The notes below the pieces were generated by a model. It did no database searches. It saw only the letters and a list, made by a program, of their open reading frames with translations, and was not told where the DNA came from. From the NCBI RefSeq assembly GCF_009914755.1, contig NC_060928.1: a stretch of DNA of 64,000 nucleotides. The stretch is one strand, 5' to 3'. The DNA comes from the human T2T-CHM13v2.0 reference genome, Homo sapiens. Below are positions 40,501 to 54,696 of the stretch, one piece after another. The stretch's first letter is position 1; every line of letters begins with the position of its first letter. Position numbers and translations under genes: made by a program.

Positions 40501-43500
40501 ATGATCTTACTAGACAGACTAAGGAAATATATTTGAAAGATAATTATAAATTTACAAAGTAAGTCAAAACTGTCTAGCAGTTTAGGTAATCAATGTAGTT
40601 GGATGTTCTATCTCTGCAGATATAGAAATAAAGAGAAAGACAGAGATTCTTCTAATGCTTCTGTAGTGTTTTGTTTAAATTTATTAATTTTACAGAACTA
40701 GGCTTATTTATACATGATTCTAAATTAAGAAATAAAATTATGACTAATCCTAAGACTCAATAGATCTTCCTTTGGTCAGTTTGGATAATAATTTTCCACT
40801 GATGGTAGATGAAATCTTCAGGAACTAAGGATGCTGCAGTGAAAAAATTACAACTTTTTTTCCTTTTTATCTTCTTCCCAAATCTCATTAAATAGTAAAA
40901 GCTGGCACTATGTCTATTACACTAAAGTGCCTTGCATTTCAAATGAGTCAATTAAGCCAAGAACTGTGGGCTTTTTTTATGTCATTCGTCATGAAAGTTC
41001 TTTAGAATATATGTATCTATTTATGATGGTTGCTGTTTAACAATAAATCACAGAAGGAATTTGAATGGGGGCTCAAGTTTCTGGCATGTGATAGTGAAAA
41101 GATGAAGGCTCACGATGACACCACCCATAGGAGGGCTACTTCAGACTCCCTACCTCAACTTCAATAAGAAAAGTCACAAGATTTAGTTGCACTTATGTCT
41201 CATTATCTGTGTGCTGCTGGTTGAGAATAATTGCTGAATAAATTAGCATCAGATCAGAGAGCATGAAATTAAGGACACAAATAAAGTGAGTTGCAACATG
41301 GTAAATTAAAAACAAGTTGGAGACTTCCTAAGTTGAACATTAAGAGCTAAATTTATAAAGGAGAAATATTGTTTCAATTCATATGGAATAAAAAGTAAAA
41401 GCAAATAAATATTGTTGGTATTTACAGTTTGCTTTACATGTATGTGTAGCCTCATGCTGAACAGCATCATCCAGCAGAATATTTGATTAAGAGATCAGAA
41501 ATTTAAAACTGCCTTTCTAACCACAGTAACATTTTTTAGAATAGAATTCACAGAATCTAGATATAGTCATTTGTTAATATTGACACTAGCTCCTAAAAAA
41601 TGCATATACAATATATGAGAAATCTGTTTGTATTATTACAAGAAGTTGTCTTAAGTTATCTCAATCAGGATCTGTTCAAATAAACAAGTTTTGTAATAAA
41701 GGTCTGTAAAATATAATATGTTTACATAAATATTTAGGATACGATCTTTGTCTTCAAGGAACATACATTTTTTAGCTAGAGAGCTGAAAAATATAAGCAA
41801 AAGAGACAAAATTAAGTGAGATTTAAATAAGACTTTTGAACCAAATGAAGAAACGTTTTAGACTTCAAAAATTGTCATGTACGCATAGTGTTCAAAAGAA
41901 GAAATTACTTCAGGGCAAAGTGGAAGGGATTGTTTCACAGAGTTGGTAGACTTTGAATAAGGTTTCAGTGAAGTTGAAAAAGTAGTGAACATGAGGGTGT
42001 ACATTTCAGAGAAAGAGGCAATGAAGGCAGGGCAAAATATAAGGTACTTTAAAATGGACTAAGCATAGAATGGATATGGAGAAGTTCAGAGCATAGGAAG
42101 AAAGATAAGTGGAGAAGTAGTAACTATGTACTAAATAAGTACTTACTTTGTGCCTTGCCCATTCTAAACCTCATCTATATTAATTAGTGTCATCTTCACA
42201 ATAATGCTATAAGGTATTCTCACCCCATAGCATTAATGTGGAAACTAAGGTTCTAAATGTTTATGATGTGCAAAACCACATAATTGTTTATATTCAAATT
42301 AAAATTCAATTGCATCACTAGATGCAGAGTCCATGTTCTTGACTATTATGTAACGTGGTCTTCCATGATAATAACAGTAATCTGGCATTGTTCTAAATAT
42401 TACATCTTAACTCATTATGAAGGGTAGATTGGCTGCCTATGGAGTTTGCATTTACCCTGGGGTAACGGGATGTCATAGTGAGAGTTTATTTTCAGAAAGT
42501 TGAATTTGGTAGCCATGTGAATAAGGTGATGGAGACAGAAATTATCAAATATTTGCTTACTATTATTACTGGTACCATCATTAAGAACTATGTTTTATAT
42601 TAGATAATACCATTTCTGCATAGCAAATAATTTTACTGAATTTTTGTTGTTATCATTCTTGCTTCTACGGTATCTATCGACACTTGCTATCACAGACGTT
42701 CTTTCAAGGTCCTTCCCCTCAGATAGAATACAGCCACGTTCAAATTCTGATTTTATTTTATTGCATCTGTGACCATATTTTTATATTATATTGTTATTTC
42801 ACATATTTCCACACATCCATTAAAGAATATCCTCATTATAAAATATTTTTGTTTTATTCCATTAAAAAAATGCTGTTTCCTCTGCCTGCCTCTTGATCCT
42901 GCCTCTTGCCTTTCTTTAGCAATTTACACTTTTCTAATAAGACCTCAGGATTGCCTTCTTGCTCCAGAAATGCCGTGTCTGGGTTGCTATCAAGTAAAGA
43001 ATAATGTGTGGGTATATACTCAACTGGAGGAAGAAACACATCTAAGATTTGAAGAAACCCACGTATGTAGTTTATTTTATTCTTTTCCTACATTCCTCTC
43101 TGAGCATGCTTCCTGGAGATGTATATCTCTTTAAGATATGGATTTCGGTAACTTATGTGTGTGGTGTAAGGAATAAAGGAAGGAATCAGAACACATAGAA
43201 ACAGTAAAGAAACAATGAATACAAAGAAAATGAAGGCCTCAGCTATGTGCCACAAAAATACATTATTTGTTGACTGAAAATGATTTAAAATCCTTGTATT
43301 GCAAGGCTCACCATGCTAACACATTTACAAAACATTAACACAAATTAAAAGAGATGTAAAATTCTAGATATTTTTGAGAAAGAAAAACTAGATTTGCTTT
43401 CACAACAACAAAAATTCATTAAAAGGAACTTTTCCTGTCTTCTGTGATTGTTGCTTTCCCTTGAACTATTAACATATCTTTAAAAAATGAATAAACAAAA

Positions 43501-43921
43501 TGAACCTGGCCATAAAGAACTGCTTAAAAGGTGGCATTGCTATGGTTATAGTAATCCTATTGAATGTTAAACTTCAATGCTTCAATCAAAACTTTGAAGT
43601 TAATATTTCATTAGGATAAAAAGTAAAAGAGCCAATAGTTAAAAAAAAGTTGATATATTTACTGCTTCTTTTATCTGGATACATTTTTGTCTGACATTGA
43701 ATTCATAGCAAATGGGTTAAAATATATATTTTAAAAGATAGATGAAAATTCAAGTTCATTGAAGATTAGCTTTAACAAAAATCTACTAAAATACAGGATA
43801 AACATTAATATTAGAGAAATTAATATATTACAATCTTGGTTTCTCTTTACCCTAAATTAATAATAATCTAGACAGATATTGAGGATATGCACACACATGT
43901 ATAATTTGCCATCATACTTAC

Positions 43922-44107
43922 TTTTGGTCACCACACCTTCTAAATGGATGATGTTAGGATGATCAAACTGTCCCATGATACTTGCTTCACCTAGGAAATC
44001 TCTGCGTTGCTTTTCAGTATAGCCTACTTTAAGGGTTTTGATAGCCACAGGTAATTCTCTTTTTCCTGGTAGTTTCAAACGTCCACTACAAACTTCACCA
44101 AATTCAC
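43922..44107 (-). CDS. EPHA5: EPHA5 kinase N-lobe exon (approx. 12): GEFGEVCSG...VAIK...[22 protein letters not shown]
   Basis: tcacaag|GTGAATTTGGT ... ACCAAAA|gtaagt; 186 nt; Gly loop, VAIK lysine and helix C. Confidence 0.97.
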
Positions 44108-44204
44108 CTTGTGATAAAGATGAAAAAAATGCAAAAACTCATTTGAAATTGTTAGTCTATTAACACTTGTATGCCCTCTTAGACTACTAAGGCTTAGATG
44201 AAAA

Positions 44205-44240
44205 AACAAACAAACAAACAAACAAACAAACAAACAAAAA
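44205..44240. repeat. (AAAC)n tetranucleotide repeat
   Basis: Direct reading. Confidence 0.95.
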
Positions 44241-44816
44241 GCAGTCAGAAAAGGGTAGTCTACACTACATTATTGATAGTAATGAAAATAAATAGTACAT
44301 TGGAACAAATCATAACAGAGGATCATAAAACACTATAGGGGCTATTAACTTCCTCTATCTCACTTACAAAAACCTTTTAAAAAAGAATGAAATTAAAAGT
44401 AACTAATGAAAAATCACTTTTTCTTCTTTTTCTGTCTACCGTAGTAGTAATAAGAAGAGAAAAGCCAACCAGGTTATAGCTAGAAAAAAAGGAAACAATT
44501 TTAAGGCAGATATGAACTGAATTACATAAATATTTTTGGGTATTACAAATTCACTATATATATATATATATATAGTGAAACATTATCTATTTAAAATATA
44601 TTTTTTGCTGTTTTTAAATTTTATAAACCAGATATTTGCTGGTTTAAGCTTGAGTTACACTGAAGGTTGTATTAAAATGTGATCAGTTACATATCACTTT
44701 GAATGCAAGCCAATTAGAAAAGATTAAAAACATTCTCTGTTACATCAGGACACTGGTATATTACATTCTGGAATGCAAACAAAAGTTAAAAATGAAAGTC
44801 AAACACATTGTCGTAC

Positions 44817-44942
44817 CTGCTCCAATAACTCTCTCAATGGTGATACATGATGCTTCTATCTCCTTAGCAAATTCGTGGACAGCTTGATTGGGATCCTCAT
44901 AGGTATGTGGATCAATGTAAGTTCTTACTCCTGGCAGTTTAA
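44817..44942 (-). CDS. EPHA5: EPHA5 exon (approx. 11): [42 protein letters not shown], containing the juxtamembrane regulatory tyrosines
   Basis: tttacag|TTAAACTGCCA ... GGAGCAG|gtacga; 126 nt; translated by hand (not in the ORF track on this strand). Confidence 0.96.
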
Positions 44943-46240
44943 CTGTAAATATAAATTGGCATTAAAACAGAAGTAGTTGTGATGGATGAGCAAAATTATG
45001 AACTTTATTAACATGCAAGTATGGCTTAAATCTCTAATTCCTGGAAGTATTCAAACTGCAAGGACCAGCCCTCTCCTGAGTTACAGTTGTTTGTACAACT
45101 ATATCAGTTTTATAATTTCAGAAATCTGTTTGCAGGCACAAGAAATGCATATGTGATGACATATCTGAGAAAATACACCTCTCAATCATAATACTTAGAA
45201 AGTCTCCAAGGCAAATTAAGACAATGTTATTCACCGAACTGGACAATGCAATACTAGTGCTTAATTTGCTGGTTTATTATTCTATATTTCATATGGATGA
45301 TATTCGATATAATCCCATTAGTATTAATTTTAATTTTATGCAAAATGATTTCAAGTAACTTTTCTGGTGCTATGGTGCAAAAAGGCTGACATATAAGTCA
45401 AAAGAAAGTATTCTGCTTCTCACTGTACTTCTGTCACTGCATGACATTAGACAAGACTTACGCTCTGTGAGTTTCAGTTTTATCACATTTAACGGCTACT
45501 AACACTGCCTCATCAAGTTTTTTGGGAATAAATAATATTAAATAAGATACGATTAGGAAATGAACTCAATGCTTTGCAGCATGAGTTATGGCTTTAATGA
45601 TTTTGACATTTAAGATGGCGGAGTGAAAAAAACAAATATATTTGTCACTCACTTGGCAAATCAATTCACATTGCACCATTTAAGGAAAAATAATAAAATA
45701 TCAAAATTCAACTCATTTAGGCTAGTTGTTCAAATTCTTTATTAAAACATGATTTTCTGCATTATTTTTTAAAGCAAGGTCTTTTTAAGTCATTTGAACC
45801 AAGATTGCTGCCACAGGACCTGTTCAGGTAAATTCCCACTAAAAGCTAGAAGAAAAAAAAACCTGAGAAATTTTATTTATTTAACCTGGTGATGCTACTT
45901 ATTGATAGATTTCTACTCATTGTGTTGCTAGGAATTAGAATATTCCAGGAAATTTTATTTGAAATATAATAGTTCTTTATATTAAGCAAAAAGTTTTTAT
46001 TTTGATTATAACAAAAGTATTATTTAAATAATTGAATAAAGCATTCAGCTATTGCCTAAAGCCTTCCAGAAATACCCAAGCCCGTATTCTTTACAGGAAT
46101 GTAACAAATAGAACACTTTTAAAAAAAAAAAAAACAATATTTTGGTCAGTTATTATAAATCTTGTAGCCTGAAAAGAAACTTAAATAACAATAAAGTGTC
46201 CCCTATTTTATTCTATTTTTATTTTTTACAATTTGCTTAC

Positions 46241-46308
46241 TGTGCCCATTATGAAAATGCATCTTTTCCTCTTCTGGATCTTGTTTTGCTTTGCTGTAGC
46301 CACACCGC
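46241..46308 (-). CDS. EPHA5: EPHA5 juxtamembrane exon (approx. exon 10): [22 protein letters not shown]
   Basis: tttgttccag|GCGGTGT ... GGGCACA|gtaagc; 68 nt; contained in ORF 46203..46385. Confidence 0.96.
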
Positions 46309-48502
46309 CTGGAACAAAGTAAGCTAGAATTAGCCACATCTGAAAGTGGTGAATCAGTCACATCAAGCCCAGAAGCATGAAGCACAACTGAAATTATTGC
46401 AACCCTAAACTGATTTTCATACTAGTAGTTTGGAATGATGCCAATACTAGTAGTTTGGATGAGACCTATGTCCCTAACCAGTGTTTCTCACTCAGCAAAT
46501 AATCTTGCCCAGATTTCACTGAGGAGCCTGAAGCCATCCAAACCTGTTTTTAAACTTCCCCTCACCAAATACTGTATACCAGACATTGTTGTTCTCTTTT
46601 CCTCTTTTACTTTATTTTATTTTTATTTTTTGGCAGTTCAAAAGCCACTGCCTCTTTCTGAATGAACTGCCCAAAAATGTGTGTCTGATCTAATAGTTTC
46701 TTGCCTTCATCACCCTGCACAATAGATTTTTGATTTTTGTTTTTCTCTCTACTGTTTTGGAATCCTCAGTTGCTCCACTGGCTGTTTTCCACTCACATCC
46801 ACCCAGAAAACTATGAAATTCACCACAACTTGCAAAGCCTCTCAGCTTCACTTTTCAAACCTTTGTCTCTCTTCGTTTTCTCAATAATCCACAAATTTGC
46901 AAGTTTTTGCAAATTTCTCTTATTACTAGGAAAAAAAATCTGTCCTCCTAAGATTCACAAATGACATCTTAACCTCTAAATACAATCTTAGTTTTTCATT
47001 ATTCTTGATGGATTGAAATCCCTCACTACTTTTCTGATGCTTTTTGCTCTTCTCCACATTGATGTATGGACATTTTCATAGGTCCTCCACGTGAACCTCT
47101 CTGGTTCTCTCCTCTCAATCCATCTATTTCTATCCGTTTAATTAATACTTCTATCTCACTGGTTTAATTTATTTTGAGAGTTATGTTCTTATTCCTGGTA
47201 GATTTATTTTATAGGGGTATTCCACCAACATTCAAATTCAATGGACCTGAAAATGAAATCAGTGCATTTTTCTTTACTTCTTTCAACCATAGTCTGCCTT
47301 CTTTTCCTGTTAATAACTCCAGTATGGCCTTGGTCCCTTAAAAGCAAAGACTTATTCTTGTGTCCTTCACAACAAACTAGTGCCAAATCCCAGGAACTAC
47401 GACCCATCTCTTTCTTTTCATTAACTCTAACATTTCCTCAATTAAGTCCTTAACATTTTTCCTCCACATTACTATAAGTGCCTTCAAAATGATGCTCCTC
47501 CACTCTGTAACTCCTTTCCTAAACTCTACTAGACATGGCTATAGCCAAATTACAGTATATAAGATGCTTTTCTATTGCATTACCTATCTACTGCAAAATA
47601 TTTAATGAAATAATAATATAAAGATTCCTAAATGTAGCCCTAACACACATTTCCTGCATCAACTCCAACTGTTCATCTTCACATGTACTAAATTTTCTCC
47701 TGAAATCTCCAGGATATTTCTCCATGCTTCCATACGTTTGCACATATTGGTTCCTTCACTGAGGATTTTCTTCCTAACAATTTCCAACTGTCAAAGTTCA
47801 GTTCCATTTTTTCCTTCTTCACGTTTTTCCCAATACTTAAACTTAATGTAGTATTTTCCCTTTGGAGCACAGTAGCTTTCTGCATCCCCTCATGTGATTT
47901 CTAGTCTATGCTGCAGCATAGTCATTTGAGTGCGCTTGTTGGCTTCCTTACTGCTTTTTAGCTTATTGAATGGCAACAAATTTTATTCATCTATAAATCC
48001 TTGCAGTGACCTGGCACCTGACTCAGAGTTGGCACTAAAAATATTCGTCACATTGATGAATGAATAAATGAATGAGAGAAAGATGTTTTGATTATGTCTA
48101 CACAATGACAGGTGTTTGGAGAGGGAATGTGCTGAATGAACACTGAATTGATGATTAAGTGTACAACATTAAACAACTGGCTAAAATGAAAATATTTAAA
48201 TTATTTTTAGTGAAACTCTAAAGAAGTGATTTTACTATTCATAAGCTCTCAGCACAAAATTCAGTTTACTAAAAACAAAATTTCCATTGATTTATGCATT
48301 AAGAAAAGACAGCCAAATGACAGACTGATAAAATATTTTCATTACAAAATTGGTTGAGAACTACCGTGTGACGTAAATGAAGTTTCTATTACACATGTAC
48401 TAACAGAGACTTTTCATTACATATTCTAGGATATATTTAAAATATATGTATATTTTGATATTAAGGGAATATATTTTGTTGTCATTTTACAATGTGTAAC
48501 TA

Positions 48503-48888
<386 letters not shown>

Positions 48889-51800
48889 TTAAGAAACTGG
48901 CAATGTATTAGTAAAGTAACACTAGTAAATTTTCAGTAAACTTGAAGTAATATTCCTAACACATATAATGTTCTTGGGTGAGGAAAAATACACAACAGGG
49001 ATCTCATGGCTTCAAATTTTATTCATAACACTTAGATACATATGTCATTCCAGGGTCCTTAAGACATCTTAAATCACCTCACCAAAATGAAAAGGAGGGA
49101 AGAAACAAATACATTAAACCATACTGAAATTGTATTTTGTCTTTCAAGCTAAGTTTTAAGTTATTTTAATACATTGCTCATAATTTTGCTAGATATAAAA
49201 TTATTCTTTTAGCCTTTAATATATGTGCCTCTAGAGAGAACAGTTATTAATGTTTCTTTTTAATAATATTCTAAATACAATTGTGTAAAATTATCCAGAG
49301 ATTTATGTTATTTAAATAATACTGACAAAAACAACTTTGTTAGACGAATTCTACAGAGACCTGAAAGCTATACATGTTCTCACAATTTACGTTAGAAAAC
49401 AAACATCTATTCATCCACCTTCAACTCTCCCACCTTCAAAAAAATAAATAATACGCTTTCAAAATTGTATCCTCAAATAGCCTTTATCATTAAATAAGCC
49501 TCACGGATATTTAAATTACATGAAATTTCCTGGTATGAAAATGAAAACAAAACTTTGGATCTCATAAGAAAATGACTTGGAAATACCTTGGTGAGGAGCA
49601 GTTAACATTGCATTACCTAGGGTGAGAGTCAGGAGGGCAATTGAAAGGAGTTATTTTTGACTATGGGCATCTCTGGAGCTCCATAACATATACGGCTGCA
49701 TATCACATTAACGTATGGAATTGAGTTCTGGAACCTCCCGAAGCATCATTAAAACAAGCCTCAACAAGAAACAGCAAGTAAAAGTGCAGCTAGCAGAGAC
49801 TGGTACTCAGGCAGCACTCAGTCTCACTGAAAAAGCATTTCAGGAAGCCTGTTCATTCAGTATCATGTTCTGTACCTGCTCCAGATGCATAATTTTAACC
49901 AATCAGAAAAACAGTCAATAAATATGTCATTCTGTATGTAAATTTTGCCTCTCATTTTCTGGAAATGATGTCTTTTTTTTCTGAATGGAAAATAAACTAT
50001 TTTTTTAAATTTTGTTTCATATCACGATTTTAATGAACTTTGAAATTATTTTACTAAAAACATCTGTAGTGTCTGTATTTAGAGGAATCACATCCTCTAA
50101 TCATTTATACTCATGTCCTTTTGGAAAACAATGTGCTTTTGCTCTTTAGTAATAGAGATGGGCAGGAGAAATTATTCATAGGCATAACTCATATTCATTA
50201 ATTAATATTTATTTAAAAGTCCTAGAGAGAGATGCTAGATATATAAATATACCAATGACCTTATGGCTTATTTAGAAATCAACCCATTTTCTCCCATGCT
50301 TTTTCTAAGGATTTGGATAATACATTTCTGATACTATTAATGCTGATCTTAAAAATTTGGTTGCAGTTATAATAACAAATTTGGATATTTAAGAATTTCA
50401 TAATACATGAAATAAAAAATATTTATGTAGAGATGGACAGCCAACGAATAACTTAGTTCTTGAGTATAAATTTGGGACTTGATAATGAATTTGGGATATG
50501 AATGTCAAGAATTTCAGAGTACCAAGTAATGTACACAAGCAGTACTTTATAAATGGCACTCTTGTGACCAATGAGGAAAGGTAAGTGAATAGAATAGCCA
50601 AAACAGAGTGTAAATCCTTGCAAAACAATAGCCTCCATACTATCAGATCTTTCCATTGCCTTAGTCTATAGAAATATACCCTAAATAATTTTTTTCACCT
50701 TAATCTAAATAACGTACAGTGGATCACAATAGGGGAAGAAGTGGTTTTGCACTTAATTTACTCAAAAGAGTGAGCATATGCAGTGTCTAGCTCAGAAATG
50801 GATACTCCTGTATTGTTTCTCTATTTTCCAGATTGATTAAGAGACGCTTTTCCTATATATTGAAGCAAAAATATTCAAAAAGCAACAAATTACAGTGAAC
50901 ATTAATATCTATATGAGATGAGAAAAAATAAACACTCTTAATTTAGCCTCGTTTAAAGCCACATTTCTTCACATATGCACACTCACGTGTTCTGACATAA
51001 CAAGGACCTCAACCATTGCATAATGTTGTATATAAATGACAGTATATAAAGAATTTTATATACTGCTGGAAACTTGAAAGGAATAATACTGTTTTTTAGA
51101 AAGTACTTTGAATTTTTCACTTCGGGATTTTCTCCAACTAGACAAATATAGGATTAACAAAAGCTCAGCTAACTTATCCTCATAAAATAAATAAGCATAT
51201 GAACATTAAGTTATTAACATATCTAATAAAAACTGAACATTGATTAAATTTTGTTTTATGAGCCAGTATTCTTCAATAAGAATGCACATGAATAGTACTA
51301 AAATGGGGCATTGGATATTTAGGCAGTCTTGCTAGCAAAACTGTGTGAGTCATTTATATTTTCCTCATTTATAATACCAGAATATTTGCATTTTGGGTTC
51401 TTCATAGATAGATTTAAGTTAGACAAAAAGGGCAACTAATCTATTTTTACTTACTAAATATTTTCAGATATACTGATTAAGAGGAATTTAGTTATTTAGA
51501 AAAACGTACTTCATTGAATATGGGAATGATGTAAGATTATACCACACAAAATGAGAAAACAATTTTCTGAGTTCTTATCTCACATTTGATCAAGGGTGCT
51601 AACAACCCTATGATTAATGCCATGTGAGAAGCTAAATTATATCTTACTTGATGTTTTATATATCACTTTGTATCTTCATATTCTATAAAACAAAGAATTT
51701 TAAAACTCTTAGAATAAATCTCCCAAAATATTATACACATGAAATGGCAAATCTCTTACTAATAAATTCTTCAAATCCTTTTAGAATAGCTATAATAGGA

Positions 51801-54658
51801 AAACCTGAACAATTTCAAATTCTTCAAAATATGCAAAGATAAATTATACACTATTTTCTCTGTTGAATTCAATTGTAATTGACAGAATTTTGATATAACA
51901 CTATCTTTAATAAAGTGTGACCTATGAAAATTAATTCTCCCTGTTTTTTAAAAGTTTTATTCTAATGCTAGAGTACGTAACTTCCTATTAATTTTTAACT
52001 GTTTCATGGATGCCACTATTGGATTTCTCAATCTGAGGAGGCCCAGTTAATATCTCCTGTAGTCTGAAGCTTCATAGTTATTTTTAAAAATAGATAGTTT
52101 GGAGCAGTTCGTGATTATATTTTGCTTAGCAAGCCTTCCATTGAAATTTAATATACTCTATATACATGTCAAACAACACCCCCATCTGCCTACCACAAAG
52201 GACTTTAAATGGAGTTCTAGAATTATTACAAAGGGATGGCTTTATTCTTTATGCCACTTTCGTGCTGTATAAAAGGGAAGAGTACTTCCACACTCCCCCC
52301 GGCAGATATCTTATAAAGATGAATAAAATAATTAATGTAAAGTGTGTATGAAAATAAAAATCTTCTCATTTCACATTTCAAGAAACAGAATTAATATAGA
52401 GAAAGGAAAATATATTTAAAAATTAGGATAATAGTTAATGTTTCAAAGACATCCTGATCCTTTGGCCAGAGAAATTTGTTTTGTTCGGATTTTGTTTTTA
52501 ATTTCTGCATTGTATGTCTGAATTATGAGATACACTAGACTTCATTTATTATGTCTCTGATTTAAAATATTTTTGAAATTAAAAAAGTCTTTAAAAATGA
52601 AGTTTATTATCTACAGATCACATAATAGGTAAATGCATAAAATAAGAATTTAACATCTCTATTTTCAAAATAGTGACTGCTTTTCCCTTGCCATTTAAAT
52701 CCCTCAGAGGATGGAGTAAATAATATGAAGACACTGAAAAGCATGAAACCTAATGAATGAAGAAAATAATCTGACTAATTTGAATTTAAGAAATGCAAGA
52801 AATGGCTACTTTGGGACTAAGGGATATTTTAGATGGATTTATAATAAGTATTATGCTATAAATATACATTGGTTTCTGTAAGCACAACCACAGATGAATA
52901 TTTGAGGATAAAGGGTAACATTAGAAAGTAGAGACATTATTACATTAAAACCATCAATTCAAAATTGGTTGTTTGTAAAAATAGATTGTCTTTTTGAGAA
53001 GTAAAACTATGATTAGAACGTTAAGTTGGTTGAGATGACAATAAAGGCAACGGCAACTTAAACAATACCTTTGCTAAAAATGTGGGCAGCCTTGGGGATA
53101 TGGTGCTTAAACTTTAGGCGTCTGAGTTTCATTCAGAAATAGTACAGAAATAGCTTTTATCACTGGGTAGATTTCAGTCAAAGCAGGGAGAACATTTGGA
53201 ATATTAACATTATGTTTATGAATGTCACAACAAAGCAAGCAGGCAACTATACTGATGAAAATAATTTGAGATAAAAGGATTTAAAAAGGCAACATGTAAT
53301 TACAAATATCATCTTATAAATGGCACACCATGTATTTTTAAACTGATGGATGTGGTTTCCTGGTGGGAAACATGAAAGATCAAAAATTAGAATCGCAGAG
53401 CCTTGCAAAAGTGTCAGCACATTGGAATTGCTGAGCCAAGAATCTAGATGAACGGTTTTGAAACAACGTTCTTCGGAACGCTAAATTTCCACAAGTTATC
53501 TCAGGGTATTTCTAAGAGTTAATGCATTTACAATGGCCAGTTTTAATGTATATGTATCATATTATATTAAGGTCAAAACTAACCACATATATATTCATGA
53601 GTGATCTTTCAAGACACGAAAAACAATGGAATTCTAAGATTAAGAATGTCTACAAATTTCTGTTCTAAAACTGTAAATGTGTCTCTTCACAAATGATGAT
53701 GATAGAATGTTTTTGAAAATTATTGACATGGTGATTGGAAATGCTGGTATGATGAGACATGCAAAATTAGATGACGGGATTTCAGATTTCTTAGTATTTT
53801 ACTGACTCTCCTAGATAAATGATTCTTCTCAGCTCTTAATATTTATTAATAAGATTATTTTCTTCCTAATGCTTTAATCTAAACAAATGTCATCCTTAAT
53901 AGAAAATTTGTAGTAATTTGAAATTATAAAATGAAACTTCACAAAATATAGCAATAAAGCATTTTTAGTCCTGATTCCTACCCAGTAAAAATTTTGGAGA
54001 ACTTTTTTATTGTTTATATAAGCTCAGTTAAAGTTTGTTTCTTTGGCTTTAATTTGTTTTATTTTACCAAGAATATATTTTTTAATATTTCCAGCTTTTC
54101 CAGGGGGTCTTTCCATGAAGACTGGTAGCATTTTACTGAGTGCCTAAATGCATTTGTGGCTAAATCTTTTTTATTTTTTTTTCACAAACACACACACAGG
54201 CAAATACACATGCACATATACAAACAAACTCATTGCCTTCACAATTTCTAACATTATTGGAAGAAAGATATTGTCATCTTCAGTTTACTGGTGTGTTCTT
54301 TATAAAATAAGAATTCTGCCCTTCTATTTTCCTTCTTTTATTCTATTCGTTTTATAAACCACCTGAAGCCAAAAGTACAGTAGAAAAAGATACTATCTTT
54401 TTAAATCAAGAATTTGAATCTGGCCAAAGCTAGCCTTTTCCAATACTTTCAAAGCCATAGACTCATAAATGTTCACACTTCCATTGAAGCATTTTTGAGA
54501 TGTAGTTCAAGGTAAGGCATCAATATCAATGTTCTTTTCTAAGTTGTAGATTCTGCTTATTCTGCTTCAGAGATAATTTATCTATGTTAAAAACTATAAT
54601 TGACACTAAAGTAGAATAGACAATTCAATGACCATTTTTAGTTTTTCATAGCACAGAA

Positions 54659-54663
54659 ACACA

Positions 54664-54696
<33 letters not shown>
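54659..54696. repeat. (CA)n microsatellite
   Basis: Direct reading. Confidence 0.95.
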
